DNA of 64,000 nt, from the NCBI GenBank assembly GCA_044227045.1, contig JBGAFW010000002.1:67457-131456 (forward strand), written 5' to 3'. Below are positions 9,822 through 18,415 of this stretch, one piece after another. The position numbers and the translations under genes were made by a program. Below the pieces are notes generated by a model. That model saw only the letters and a program-made list of their open reading frames with translations, had not been told where the DNA came from and made no database searches. Each line of letters opens with the position of its first letter. Position 1 is the stretch's first letter. The stretch is from Labilithrix sp. Its GTDB lineage: Bacteria > Myxococcota_A > Polyangia > Polyangiales > Polyangiaceae.

Positions 9822-10646
9822 ATGCCGACCGATCGCGACGATTCGACCACGCATGAAGCGGAGCATCTCGAGGCGTTGCCCGAGGACGTGCTCACCCTCT
9901 TGGGGGAAGAGAAGCGAGCGCCGGTGCCCGAGCTCGCGGAGCCCGACAAGGCCGCGCTCTTCGCGGCGATCTCGACACGCCTCGGCTTCGTTCCGCCCGA
10001 TGGAGGAGGCGAGGGCGGCGGAAGCAGCGGGGGAGAAAGCGGAACGAGCACGGGTCTTGGCGGCGCCGGCACTGGGGTCTCCTCGGGCGGCGGGTTCGTC
10101 CTCGCGGGCGGTAAGGCCGCCGCGGCGTTGATCGCCACGCTCGCGATCGGTGTCGTGGCGGGCGTGGTGATCGATCGCCAGGTCGCCTCCTCGCCTGCGC
10201 CGTCGCCGATGGCCGTGAGCGCGGTGCCTGGGCCGTCACCGGTCGCGATCGAGCCGGCCGCGCCGAAGGTCGAAGACTCGGCGGGCGTTCCCGTCGGCGC
10301 GCTGCCTTCGGCGCCGCGGGTCAACGCGACCCAGGTCGTGCAGGCGCCGAGCGTGAGCCCGACGCCGTCGAGCCGGGGCCTCGCCGCCGAGCGTGCGCTC
10401 CTCGACGTCGCGCGCGGGGCGCTCGCGCGCGGCGAAGCGACCGAGGCGCTTCGGGCCGCGGACCGTCACGCGTCGGAGTACCCAAGCGGGGCGCTCGTCG
10501 AGGAGCGCGAGGCGATCGCGATCAAGGCGCTCGTCGCGCTTGGCCGCAACGACGAGGCGCGACGGCGGTTCAAGGAGATGGAGCGCCGCTTCCCCAACGG
10601 CCTGATGCTCCGCGCTGTGAAGAACGCCGTCGATCAGGCGCCCTGA
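9822..10646 (+). CDS. Putative anti-sigma factor (single-pass membrane, TPR-like C-terminus)
   Basis: Starts 3 nt after the sigma stop. Gly-rich linker, a TM segment (LIATLAIGVVAGVVI), then a C-terminal helical repeat domain. Confidence 0.55.
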   Translation: MPTDRDDSTTHEAEHLEALPEDVLTLLGEEKRAPVPELAEPDKAALFAAISTRLGFVPPDGGGEGGGSSGGESGTSTGLGGAGTGVSSGGGFVLAGGKAAAALIATLAIGVVAGVVIDRQVASSPAPSPMAVSAVPGPSPVAIEPAAPKVEDSAGVPVGALPSAPRVNATQVVQAPSVSPTPSSRGLAAERALLDVARGALARGEATEALRAADRHASEYPSGALVEEREAIAIKALVALGRNDEARRRFKEMERRFPNGLMLRAVKNAVDQAP

Positions 10647-10691
10647 AGCGCGTAACCCAGCGAAACACTTGGTGAGCAGGAACCCAAGCAC

Positions 10692-10828
10692 GCCCTTTCT
10701 GGGCGCCCAGGAAGTCCCTCGGCACGTTTCTGGGCGAGTCCTCGACTCCATTTCTGGCCTCGGCGCCGTTTCTGGGTGCGCAGGAAGTCCTCGGCGCCCT
10801 TTCTGGGCGCCCAGGAAGTCCCTCGTCG
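10692..10828. repeat. Array of about 5 imperfect direct copies of a roughly 30-bp unit; the core is a palindrome (TTTCTGGGCGCCCAGGAAGTCCCTCG)
   Basis: Read directly: 2 full copies, 1 near-full copy and 2 degenerate copies. The core CTGGGCGCCCAG is a perfect palindrome. Intergenic, between the anti-sigma gene and the lipoprotein gene. Confidence 0.65.
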
Positions 10829-10944
10829 CGGATTTCCGGTGGACAGCGCGGCGTTCCGCGTCATGGTCGGACAAAGTCGCGCGCAGGTGCGTTTTTCGAA
10901 ATGGACGGATCGGGTCACCGCCAAGGCAGAGCACGAGGATTCGC

Positions 10945-11580
10945 ATGAACCAACACCTTCGCTCTCTCCTTAACATCACACTTCCCATCGTCGCGGCCTC
11001 CGCGGCGGTCGTCCTGACGGCCTGCTCTGGCCAAACGCTCGATGGAGGCTCGAACGCGAGCGGCAGCTCCAGCGGATCGGACGGCACGACGAGCTCCGGC
11101 GGACAACCGGGCGACGGCACAGCGTCGAAGGGATCGTCCGGGACGGTTGGCAACGGCATCCCGAGCACGCCAGTCGGAGGCGAGATCAAGGGCAAGCCCT
11201 TCTCGCCCAAGTCGGTCGACGTCGAGTTCAGCAAAGCGCAAAACCAGTGGTTCTTCGCGATGCGCAACTACGAGACGGACTGCCGGACGATCACGAACAA
11301 GCCCACGCCGAGCGACGCGCTCCTCGTGAACATCGGCGGCATCGAGCCGGCGGCCGGCGAGTTTCCGATCGCGTACGCCGACGGCCACGGCGCCTCGTTT
11401 CAGGTCGGCGTCTTCGAGTCGGCGCAGAAGGCCGACGTGACGCCCGCGCAAGCCGGCGTGCTTCGCTTCGACACATGGAGCAGCGAGCCTGGCGCGACGA
11501 TCACGGGCGCGATCAAGCTCACGAACGACGACAGCAATGTCGCCGGCACGTTCACCGCCAAAGTCTGCCCGGCACACTGA
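10945..11580 (+). CDS. Hypothetical lipoprotein
   Basis: MNQHLRSLLNITLPIVAASAAVVLTAC gives a signal plus lipobox, then a Gly/Ser-rich linker. The longer track ORF (10669) would run through the repeat array. Confidence 0.6.
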   Translation: MNQHLRSLLNITLPIVAASAAVVLTACSGQTLDGGSNASGSSSGSDGTTSSGGQPGDGTASKGSSGTVGNGIPSTPVGGEIKGKPFSPKSVDVEFSKAQNQWFFAMRNYETDCRTITNKPTPSDALLVNIGGIEPAAGEFPIAYADGHGASFQVGVFESAQKADVTPAQAGVLRFDTWSSEPGATITGAIKLTNDDSNVAGTFTAKVCPAH

Positions 11581-11622
11581 CGCCGCGTCGACGCCGCCAC
11601 GCTGTCTCTGCTCGTTACGGCG

Positions 11623-12090
11623 TCAGTCCGTGAGGCCTTGGGCGAGCGTTCGCGGCTCGTCCTTGAAGAGGATCTCCACCTTCTTCGGATCGAGCACCCG
11701 CGTGACGATGCCTTCGCCGAACTTCTTGTGACGAATGAGGTCACCTTCGGAGAAGATCTGGTCGACGCGGTAGTTCTTGAACTCGCTGACCGCCTTGCCC
11801 AAGACGGCCTTTTCCCACGACTTTTCGCGTTCGGCGGCGGCCGCGGCGGCCTTCGTGACCGTCATGCGCGTCGACTTCGGAGCGCCTCCCGACGACGCAC
11901 GCGTGGTGGTCGCGGCCGGAGCCTTGTCACCGGGCGCGCGGGCGCGGAAGTTGTGATGAGACATGCAGGTCGAGCACTCGACGCGCACGGGGACACCCTT
12001 GACCATCGCGATGATTCGATGATTCAGGACCAGCTTGCACTTCGTGCACCAGCTGTCGACTTCTCCCCCCGTAGAGAGCGGTTTGCTCAT
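11623..12090 (-). CDS. Hypothetical zinc-ribbon protein
   Basis: A CxxC...CxxC ribbon (CTKCKLV...VECSTCMSH), then a C-terminal KOW/Tudor-like segment (FSEGDLIRHKKFGEGIVTRV). High GC3. Confidence 0.5.
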   Translation of the reverse strand: MSKPLSTGGEVDSWCTKCKLVLNHRIIAMVKGVPVRVECSTCMSHHNFRARAPGDKAPAATTTRASSGGAPKSTRMTVTKAAAAAAEREKSWEKAVLGKAVSEFKNYRVDQIFSEGDLIRHKKFGEGIVTRVLDPKKVEILFKDEPRTLAQGLTD

Positions 12091-12190
12091 GGTCGGGCAG
12101 CATACTCCACAGCGGCGATCTCGGGTTTGTCGATTCGCGCTTTTTGAAGACGCGCGGGCTCGAGATCCGTCGCGATCAGGCAGGACGCGA

Positions 12191-12844
12191 TCAGGCGCGA
12201 TCGCGTCGCCGGCTCGAGCGACCTTCGCGGCGGATGTGCACGGCCGTCTTCACTTCGGGTCGCGGGAGCGGGGTAGGGCGCTTCGCGTTCGGCTCGTCCT
12301 CGCGGCCGTTTTTGTTGGGCTCGCGCTCCCGGTCGTCGCTTCCACCACCGCCTTCGCCGCCGCTGCCCTTGTCGTCATCGTCGTCGTCGTCGGAAGCGGC
12401 GCCCTTCTTCGGCGGCTCGCTCTTGCGCTTCTTGTCGGCGCCGTCGTTCGGCGTGAAGCGAATGGTCGTGTTCACTTCGAACTGCACGGTCGTGAGGAGC
12501 TTCTGCACCTCGCCGGCGAAGTTCGTGTGCTCGAGGAAATCTCGGATCTCTTTGGCGACGACGCGGAAGAGGCCGTTCTTCGTCTCGTCGATCTGCGCGA
12601 GCAGGTAGTGCGCGATCTCTTTTGGAAGCTTCATGTCGCCGACGAACTGCTTCAAGTTGTCGGGCGCTTCGGTCGCCTTCTCGACGCCGAGCTCGACGGC
12701 GCGACGAACGATCTCGGGGATGACTCCCTCGAGGCGACGGCGACGGCTCTCCTTCGTCGCTCCCGGAAACGTGCTTCCACGTTCCGTCGGGGGACTGTCC
12801 GGCGGCGCGCTGTCCGGCGGAGTCTCGTCGTCGCTGCTCATCAT
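12191..12844 (-). CDS. Hypothetical acidic protein with a poly-Asp/Gly tail
   Basis: Clean codon usage on the minus strand. Same strand as, and between, the roadblock-like and zinc-ribbon genes. Confidence 0.5.
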   Translation of the reverse strand: MMSSDDETPPDSAPPDSPPTERGSTFPGATKESRRRRLEGVIPEIVRRAVELGVEKATEAPDNLKQFVGDMKLPKEIAHYLLAQIDETKNGLFRVVAKEIRDFLEHTNFAGEVQKLLTTVQFEVNTTIRFTPNDGADKKRKSEPPKKGAASDDDDDDDKGSGGEGGGGSDDREREPNKNGREDEPNAKRPTPLPRPEVKTAVHIRREGRSSRRRDRA

Positions 12845-12916
12845 AGCAGGTTGTAGTCGCCAGCCCGCGTGCCGTCAACGCGGCGCGTTATCAAAGCGCG
12901 ACGGGCCGGCTGCTTT

Positions 12917-13321
12917 TCAGGCTGCTTCCGTAAGGATGCGGCTGACGCCCCGGGCGGCCTCGTCGATGTGGCGCGCGGTGCCCTCGATCGCCTCGATCGC
13001 CTCGGCCTTCCGCTTCTGGCGGGTGCAGAGGAGAACCTGCTGGTTTCCGACGATGACCTCGCGGACGCTCACCTCGGAGCGGAGCGCCTCGACCCGCGAG
13101 GAGACCTGCGAGGTCATGACACCCCACGAGCCGTCTGCGAGGAGGGGCGCATAGGCAGCCAGCTCCTCGCAGACAGGCCAAGAACCGGCCCCAGCGACGA
13201 CGACTCCCGAGGGATCGGCCACCACGATGGCATCGAGGTCACCCCGCGCCCGCGCGGAGCTGAGTTGATAGTGAAGCGCGATGAGCGGATCCGAGCTTCG
13301 GCGGAGACGTCGTTCGTCCAT
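12917..13321 (-). CDS. Possible roadblock/LC7-fold protein
   Basis: DLDAIVVADPSGVVVAGAG ... VREVIVGNQQVLLCTRQ resembles the roadblock pattern. ATG at 13321 is chosen because the upstream part of ORF 12917..13390 has an AT-rich third position. Confidence 0.35.
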   Translation of the reverse strand: MDERRLRRSSDPLIALHYQLSSARARGDLDAIVVADPSGVVVAGAGSWPVCEELAAYAPLLADGSWGVMTSQVSSRVEALRSEVSVREVIVGNQQVLLCTRQKRKAEAIEAIEGTARHIDEAARGVSRILTEAA

Positions 13322-13511
13322 AGGCGAAGTGTTCCAAACCGCTCCGTCTGCGGTCAAAAAACACGTCCATCCACGGGCGCGACCCAACACGATCGCCGCA
13401 CCCCATCGTTCTTCGCAGGACCCTGCCGGCCCGACGGGAACGCGGGCGACGTGGGTCGTTCTCGGTGGTTGGGGTCGGGCTTCGAACGTGCGAGACTAGG
13501 CGTTCAGAACC

Positions 13512-14576
13512 GTGCATCTCGTCGTCCCTCCCGGAGGCTCGTTTCGTGAGGCGCGCCGCATCGAGCTCGACGCGCGCGTGCTCACGATCGGACGAGCAGA
13601 AGCGTGCGATGTCCGGATTGACGTTCCGGGCGTCGACGACGAGCACGCCAAGATCAGCGAGGTCGCGCTGATCGCCGTCGGAAACGACTGCGCGGTGGGC
13701 GACGTCCCGCTCGACGCGGGCTGCCGCCGCCTCGTGATGCCGGGCGACGAGATCCAGATCGGCAGCGTGGTCCTCGGGCTCGACGGCACCGATCCGAGCA
13801 CCGCGCACGACAAGCCACGCGTTCCTGGACCGCGCATTCGCGTCGTCGAAGGTCAGAACTTCGGCGATGAGCTCGTGCTCGAGGCGGAGAACCGCGAGTA
13901 CGTCATCGGACGAAGCCCGAAGGCGGACCTGCGGCTCGAAGATCGCGAGGTCTCCCGCGAGCACATCAAGATCGTCCGGCGCGGGTTCTCCGTCTTTCTG
14001 TTCGACGCGGCGTCCACGCGCGGATCGTGGATTGGACGATCGGCGGTCTACCAAGGGTCACGAGTCGAGTGGCAGCGACCACGCATGCTGAAGCTCGGCG
14101 CGACGGTCCTCTCCCTCGAGCTGCCCGTCGAGGCAAGGCAACGTGCAGCGCCCGTGCAGGTCAGCGCGCCGATGACGCCGCCTCCCCGCGTGCGATCCGA
14201 GCGGCCCGCGATGCCGATCCCCGAGCCGACGCCACAAGGCGCGAGCCCGATCGTCGCCTACCACTACGAGGCCGCGCCGCAGCCGCCGACCCCCTCGCCG
14301 AACATGCCGTCGAGCCCGCCGATCGGAATGCCAGCGCCAGGCGTCGCGCCACCTGCCGCCGCGATGCCGCCGATGCCGTTGCCGATGATGCCCGGGCAGC
14401 CCGAGGTCGCGATTCATCCCTCGGTCCCGCCCGCGCAGATGCCGAACCGCGGATCGCGTACCGCGTGGAAGAAACAAGGCGCGACGATTGGTCGCGGCTC
14501 GGGGATCTTGCTACTCGCGCTCGCCGGCATCGCGATCCTCGGCGTCCTGTTCGTCGTCTTTTCGCTGATGGAGTGA
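13512..14576 (+). CDS. Membrane-anchored protein with two FHA domains
   Basis: Two FHA cores (LTIGRAEACDVRI...DDEHAKI; YVIGRSPKADLRLEDREVSREHIKI). A Pro-rich linker and a C-terminal TM segment (ILLLALAGIAILGVLFVVF). Confidence 0.8.
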   Translation: MHLVVPPGGSFREARRIELDARVLTIGRAEACDVRIDVPGVDDEHAKISEVALIAVGNDCAVGDVPLDAGCRRLVMPGDEIQIGSVVLGLDGTDPSTAHDKPRVPGPRIRVVEGQNFGDELVLEAENREYVIGRSPKADLRLEDREVSREHIKIVRRGFSVFLFDAASTRGSWIGRSAVYQGSRVEWQRPRMLKLGATVLSLELPVEARQRAAPVQVSAPMTPPPRVRSERPAMPIPEPTPQGASPIVAYHYEAAPQPPTPSPNMPSSPPIGMPAPGVAPPAAAMPPMPLPMMPGQPEVAIHPSVPPAQMPNRGSRTAWKKQGATIGRGSGILLLALAGIAILGVLFVVFSLME

Positions 14577-14748
14577 CGTTTTCGGAAGCGAATGGCCACG
14601 TGGTCGCGCGACGATTCGCGCAGACCGCGCGTCTCAATGCGTCTCATCTTCTCCGAAATGCACCAATAGCGCAGACGGCTGTTGTCAGCGGATGGGGAGG
14701 GGGCTACTCACCGTGAGGCCGGAAAACAGCGGCCGGTGAAAAGCCTAC

Positions 14749-15096
14749 GTGAGCGACGAAGACCGAAAGACCCCGAACCCGGGACGTAAAGTGATGTTTG
14801 GCAACAACGAAGTCGTCGAGATCGAGACGTCCCAGTATCGCGCCATCGCGCGCGTCCGAAATATCCAAGGGGATCGCATTCATGTGGCCGTCGAGAGCGG
14901 GTATCTCCCGTGGATCGACGACCCGGTGAACGTGCGCAGCGCCAACGCGCCGAACAGCGCCGGCTTTGGTGCCCGCATCGTCCACGCGAGCGGGTCGACC
15001 GCGCTCATCGAGATCCTCGATGAGGTCGAGTCGCCCGCCGTCACGAGCACCGCGCGGATGCCCGCGATGCGCGACACGAAGCCGGATCTGTCGTAG
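14749..15096 (+). CDS. Small hypothetical protein (weakly PilZ-like)
   Basis: Looks more like coding sequence than the antisense ORF 14704..14985. No firm motif. Confidence 0.3.
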   Translation: MSDEDRKTPNPGRKVMFGNNEVVEIETSQYRAIARVRNIQGDRIHVAVESGYLPWIDDPVNVRSANAPNSAGFGARIVHASGSTALIEILDEVESPAVTSTARMPAMRDTKPDLS

Positions 15097-15106
15097 GGCG
15101 CGCGCC

Positions 15107-16312
15107 TTAGGTCGTCGGCAGCACGAGGCTCGGGTGCTGGTTGGCGCCGAACGGGCTGGTCGTCGGGCGCGTGACCGTGCCGAGGAGCGACCAGAACCCG
15201 GGGATGCCGGGCGTGTTCGCCGACAGAGACACGGCGCCCTGCGCGGTCTTGCCGGTCGTACCCTGCTTGACGTACTTGCCGATGAGCGTCGCCGACAGGT
15301 TCGGCTGGTGGTCCGAGCCCGGAAGGCTGCGCGCGAAGTCGCCGATGATCGCCACCACGACGTTGCGGGTCGTATCTTGGACCATGCGCGTGAGGAACGT
15401 GTTCAGCGGCGCGAGGATCGACTGCGTCATCTTGTTTCGGACGGTCGTTCCTTGCGTGTCGCCGTGCGTGTCCCAGCCCGCGTCGAACGCCGCGACGACG
15501 TTCGTGCCGGCGCGAACCATGAGCTCGGCGGCCGCCATCTTCGACTTGAAGTCCCGCACCGCGGTCGCGTTGCCGAGCGCGTAGGCCGTCTTCAGATCGT
15601 CGAGGGAGATTTGCTTCACCGGTTGCTTGAGCGTGTCGACCGCGGCGGTGTAGCCGTTCGCGAGCGAGTCGAGCGACTCCGGGCTGCCCGCGAGCACGTT
15701 CGCGCTCATCGTCTGCGCGCCCGTGACGCCCGCCAGGGCGATCGTGCGGTCCGGAACGCGCGGGTTGGCGACGCCGCCGCCGAGCGCGTCGATCGTCTTC
15801 TGCATGTCGGTGATCGACTGGAAGGAGACGCCCCCGACGGCAGCCTTCGGCGCTTCGGCGATCAGGTTGCCGCCGACGACGGCGGCCTTGATCGACGCCG
15901 TGCCGCCGATCGCGTTCGCGAGCGCCAGGCCGGCGTTGACGTTGTTCATCGTCCAGAGCGACTGGCGCGCTCCAGGGTGGTTCGAGATGCCGTGACGGAC
16001 GCCCACCGTCGCCATGTGGTTCTTGGCGAACGCGCTCATCGAATTCGCGAACGTGTTGTCGACCGCGAGGCCGTTGCCGAGGACGGTGTGGTTGCCGGCG
16101 GTCACGCCGAACTTGCCGACGAGGGAGTCTGCGCTGCCGAAGAGCGCGTTGTACCCACCGACGAGGTGAAGAATGACGAGCGACGTCGGCTCGGCGGTCG
16201 CGGCCTTTGCCTCGCCGATCCAGCCGGCGCCCGGGATGCGCGATCCCACCGCGGCGCCGACGCCGATGCCGAGGCTCTTGAGAAACCCACGTCGTGAAAA
16301 TCCTGTGCTCAT
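15107..16312 (-). CDS. DUF1501-family protein with a twin-arginine (Tat) signal
   Basis: MSTGFSRRGFLKSLGIGVG is a Tat motif. The DUF1501 signature is present (FDAGWDTHGD). The start is an internal ATG of ORF 15107..16570. Confidence 0.8.
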   Translation of the reverse strand: MSTGFSRRGFLKSLGIGVGAAVGSRIPGAGWIGEAKAATAEPTSLVILHLVGGYNALFGSADSLVGKFGVTAGNHTVLGNGLAVDNTFANSMSAFAKNHMATVGVRHGISNHPGARQSLWTMNNVNAGLALANAIGGTASIKAAVVGGNLIAEAPKAAVGGVSFQSITDMQKTIDALGGGVANPRVPDRTIALAGVTGAQTMSANVLAGSPESLDSLANGYTAAVDTLKQPVKQISLDDLKTAYALGNATAVRDFKSKMAAAELMVRAGTNVVAAFDAGWDTHGDTQGTTVRNKMTQSILAPLNTFLTRMVQDTTRNVVVAIIGDFARSLPGSDHQPNLSATLIGKYVKQGTTGKTAQGAVSLSANTPGIPGFWSLLGTVTRPTTSPFGANQHPSLVLPTT

Positions 16313-16332
16313 GGCTTGGCTTCTCTCTGTTC

Positions 16333-17010
16333 TCAGTAGGTCAGGAATCCGGCGGAGGAGAGGACCGACGCGCATGCGTAGGCCCACTTGCGTCGGGGCT
16401 GCGGCTCGGTCGCCGTGCCCGTCGTCGCGACGTCGACGCACGCTTGCACTTCTTGCGGCGCGGGCGTCTTGCTCCAGAACTTGCGCGCCATCGCGGCGCA
16501 TTGGGTCGCGGCGGACGCCGCGTCGGGCGCGGCGGCAAACTCCGGCGCCGTCTGCGTGTACGTGAGGCACCCGTCGAACGCGATGCCGTACGCCGTTTGG
16601 AGCGCGACGGCGTTTGCCTGCGGCTCGTCGTACCAGCGCGCGGGCACCTGGCCGAACGTCGGACCCGCGCCTTGGAGCGACGCGGGCGCCGCGCCGAGCA
16701 CGCGTGCATACTCGGTCTGCAGCGCCGAGAAGGGCTTCACGCGACCGCGATCGACGCCGAGCTTCGCGACGACGCGCGTGCTGTGGAGCGGGATGTTGTC
16801 GAAGCCTGCGTACTCCTTCGAGGTGCAGAGCGCCGGGTCGGTCGGATCGGTCGGCGCGTTGGGATCGCCTTGCGCGTTCGGATCGTTCGGATCGTTGCCG
16901 GGATTGTTGCGGCGACCGGTGAGGTTTTCGGGATCGTCACCGCATGCCGCGATGAGAAGAGCGCCGAGGCCGAGATAGAACAGGATGGTGAGCTTGTTCG
17001 TGTTCATCAT
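16333..17010 (-). CDS. Hypothetical lipoprotein (Asn/Pro/Asp-rich linker)
   Basis: MMNTNKLTILFYLGLGALLIAAC gives a lipobox. Lies between the CxxCH-protein gene and the DUF1501 gene on the same strand. Confidence 0.6.
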   Translation of the reverse strand: MMNTNKLTILFYLGLGALLIAACGDDPENLTGRRNNPGNDPNDPNAQGDPNAPTDPTDPALCTSKEYAGFDNIPLHSTRVVAKLGVDRGRVKPFSALQTEYARVLGAAPASLQGAGPTFGQVPARWYDEPQANAVALQTAYGIAFDGCLTYTQTAPEFAAAPDAASAATQCAAMARKFWSKTPAPQEVQACVDVATTGTATEPQPRRKWAYACASVLSSAGFLTY

Positions 17011-17042
17011 GTTGGCTGTCTTTCGTTCGTTCGCGCTCGTGC

Positions 17043-18011
17043 CTACTGGCAGAACGAAGCGTCCTTCGCGATGGCGGATAGGGCAGCCTGAATGGTGCCG
17101 GTCTGGGTGAACGCATCGACGCACTTGTCGAACACTTGTCCTTCGCAGGTGCTCTCCGGCCGTCCGTAGAGGAACTCGAAGCCGAGCCGGCACGCGTTGA
17201 AGCGGAAGTTCTCCGACGCGACGAGCGCTTCGACGAGGTCCTTGTCGTTCGCGATTGTCTTGCCGCTGAGGATCGTCTGCGGACCTTCGGTCGGCGGGAG
17301 GTAGGTGATGTTGTCACCGGTGCCCTTGCGCTTCGAGAGGACCTTCGACACGAGGTCGAGCGCGAACCAGCCGTTGTAGTGGCAGCCCGCGCACGCCGGC
17401 GCCTTGCGGCCGTCGGCGCTGAGGTCGACGCCTTCGACGTTCGTCGTCGCGGTGAGCTTGAGCCCCGTCGTGTTCTGGAGCATGCGGTAGCCCGCCGAGA
17501 TGCGGTAACCGTCCTTCTCGTTGCCCGCGTACCGCTTCATCCACGCGGCGCTGCGGAAGTAGCCGAGGCCGTTCGGGTCGGGCGTGACCGCGTCGGCGAC
17601 GCTGTACTGGCCGACGAACATGTCCTTCCAGGGCTTCGTGCCGTCCGTCAGGATGAACTTCGCGAGCGTGTACGACGCGTCGTCGGCGATCTCTTCGCCG
17701 GGCTCGGGGTTGAACTGCGAGTTCACGAAGCGCGCGAAGCGATCGATGAACTGCGGATCCTTCAGGATCGTGTCGACCGCGTCTTGTGGGTTCGCCGACG
17801 CCATGAGCTCGGGCGTCGCGCTCTTGCCGAGCAACGCCACGGACACGCGCGTCGCGCAACGCTCACGCTTCTCGGTCGCTTCGGCTTCGCCGTCCGCGCG
17901 TGCGTGCTGGGGCTTCGCCAAACCGATCGAGAGCGCCAGCGCGCCGACTGCCAGCGGGGCAACGGCCTTTGCGACTCTCTTCAGGGATGTCGTCCATGTC
18001 CGCATGATCAT
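17043..18011 (-). CDS. Secreted protein with a single CxxCH (c-type haem-binding) motif
   Basis: GGAG, then ATG, then MIMRTWTTSLKRVAKAVAPLAVGALALSIGLA (signal). The motif is KAPACAGCHYNGWF. First gene of the three-gene operon that ends with DUF1501. Confidence 0.55.
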   Translation of the reverse strand: MIMRTWTTSLKRVAKAVAPLAVGALALSIGLAKPQHARADGEAEATEKRERCATRVSVALLGKSATPELMASANPQDAVDTILKDPQFIDRFARFVNSQFNPEPGEEIADDASYTLAKFILTDGTKPWKDMFVGQYSVADAVTPDPNGLGYFRSAAWMKRYAGNEKDGYRISAGYRMLQNTTGLKLTATTNVEGVDLSADGRKAPACAGCHYNGWFALDLVSKVLSKRKGTGDNITYLPPTEGPQTILSGKTIANDKDLVEALVASENFRFNACRLGFEFLYGRPESTCEGQVFDKCVDAFTQTGTIQAALSAIAKDASFCQ

Positions 18012-18415
18012 CGAGCTCCTGTCTTTCCGTCCGTCTGCCGCATTGCAGCGCGCGTTCCTGAAATCGATCGCGGCCGAATCGGCAATTCCTTCGTGATTTC
18101 GCCGGTCATTCCGCGATCCAGAGACCTCGTTTCGGAACGAGACGTTCGTTGTCGCGAACGTTTCGTTCGCGACGCCATGCCCATCCGGAACGTTCTGGGC
18201 GTCTTCTCCGACCGCGCCGTGCATCACGCGCGAACGAAGTGCAGGAAGATGGCCGCGCGCGCATCGAGGGATCCTGCACGCAACGTTGCGCAACTCGCGC
18301 ACGGCGCTGCGCGTACTGATTCAGGCCACGCCGCGCGTCCGTGCGAGCGCTGTGGATCGCCCGCGAGCGTTGCTCACGCGCGTCGTCTCATGCACGTGCG
18401 TGCATCGAAGACAGG

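Noticed and set aside
10669-11580. The long track ORF 10669..11580, including the repeated peptide SAPFLGAQEVPR.
   Set aside because: Its N-terminal part is a translation of the palindromic DNA repeat array. The real gene starts at ATG 10945, with a lipoprotein signal.
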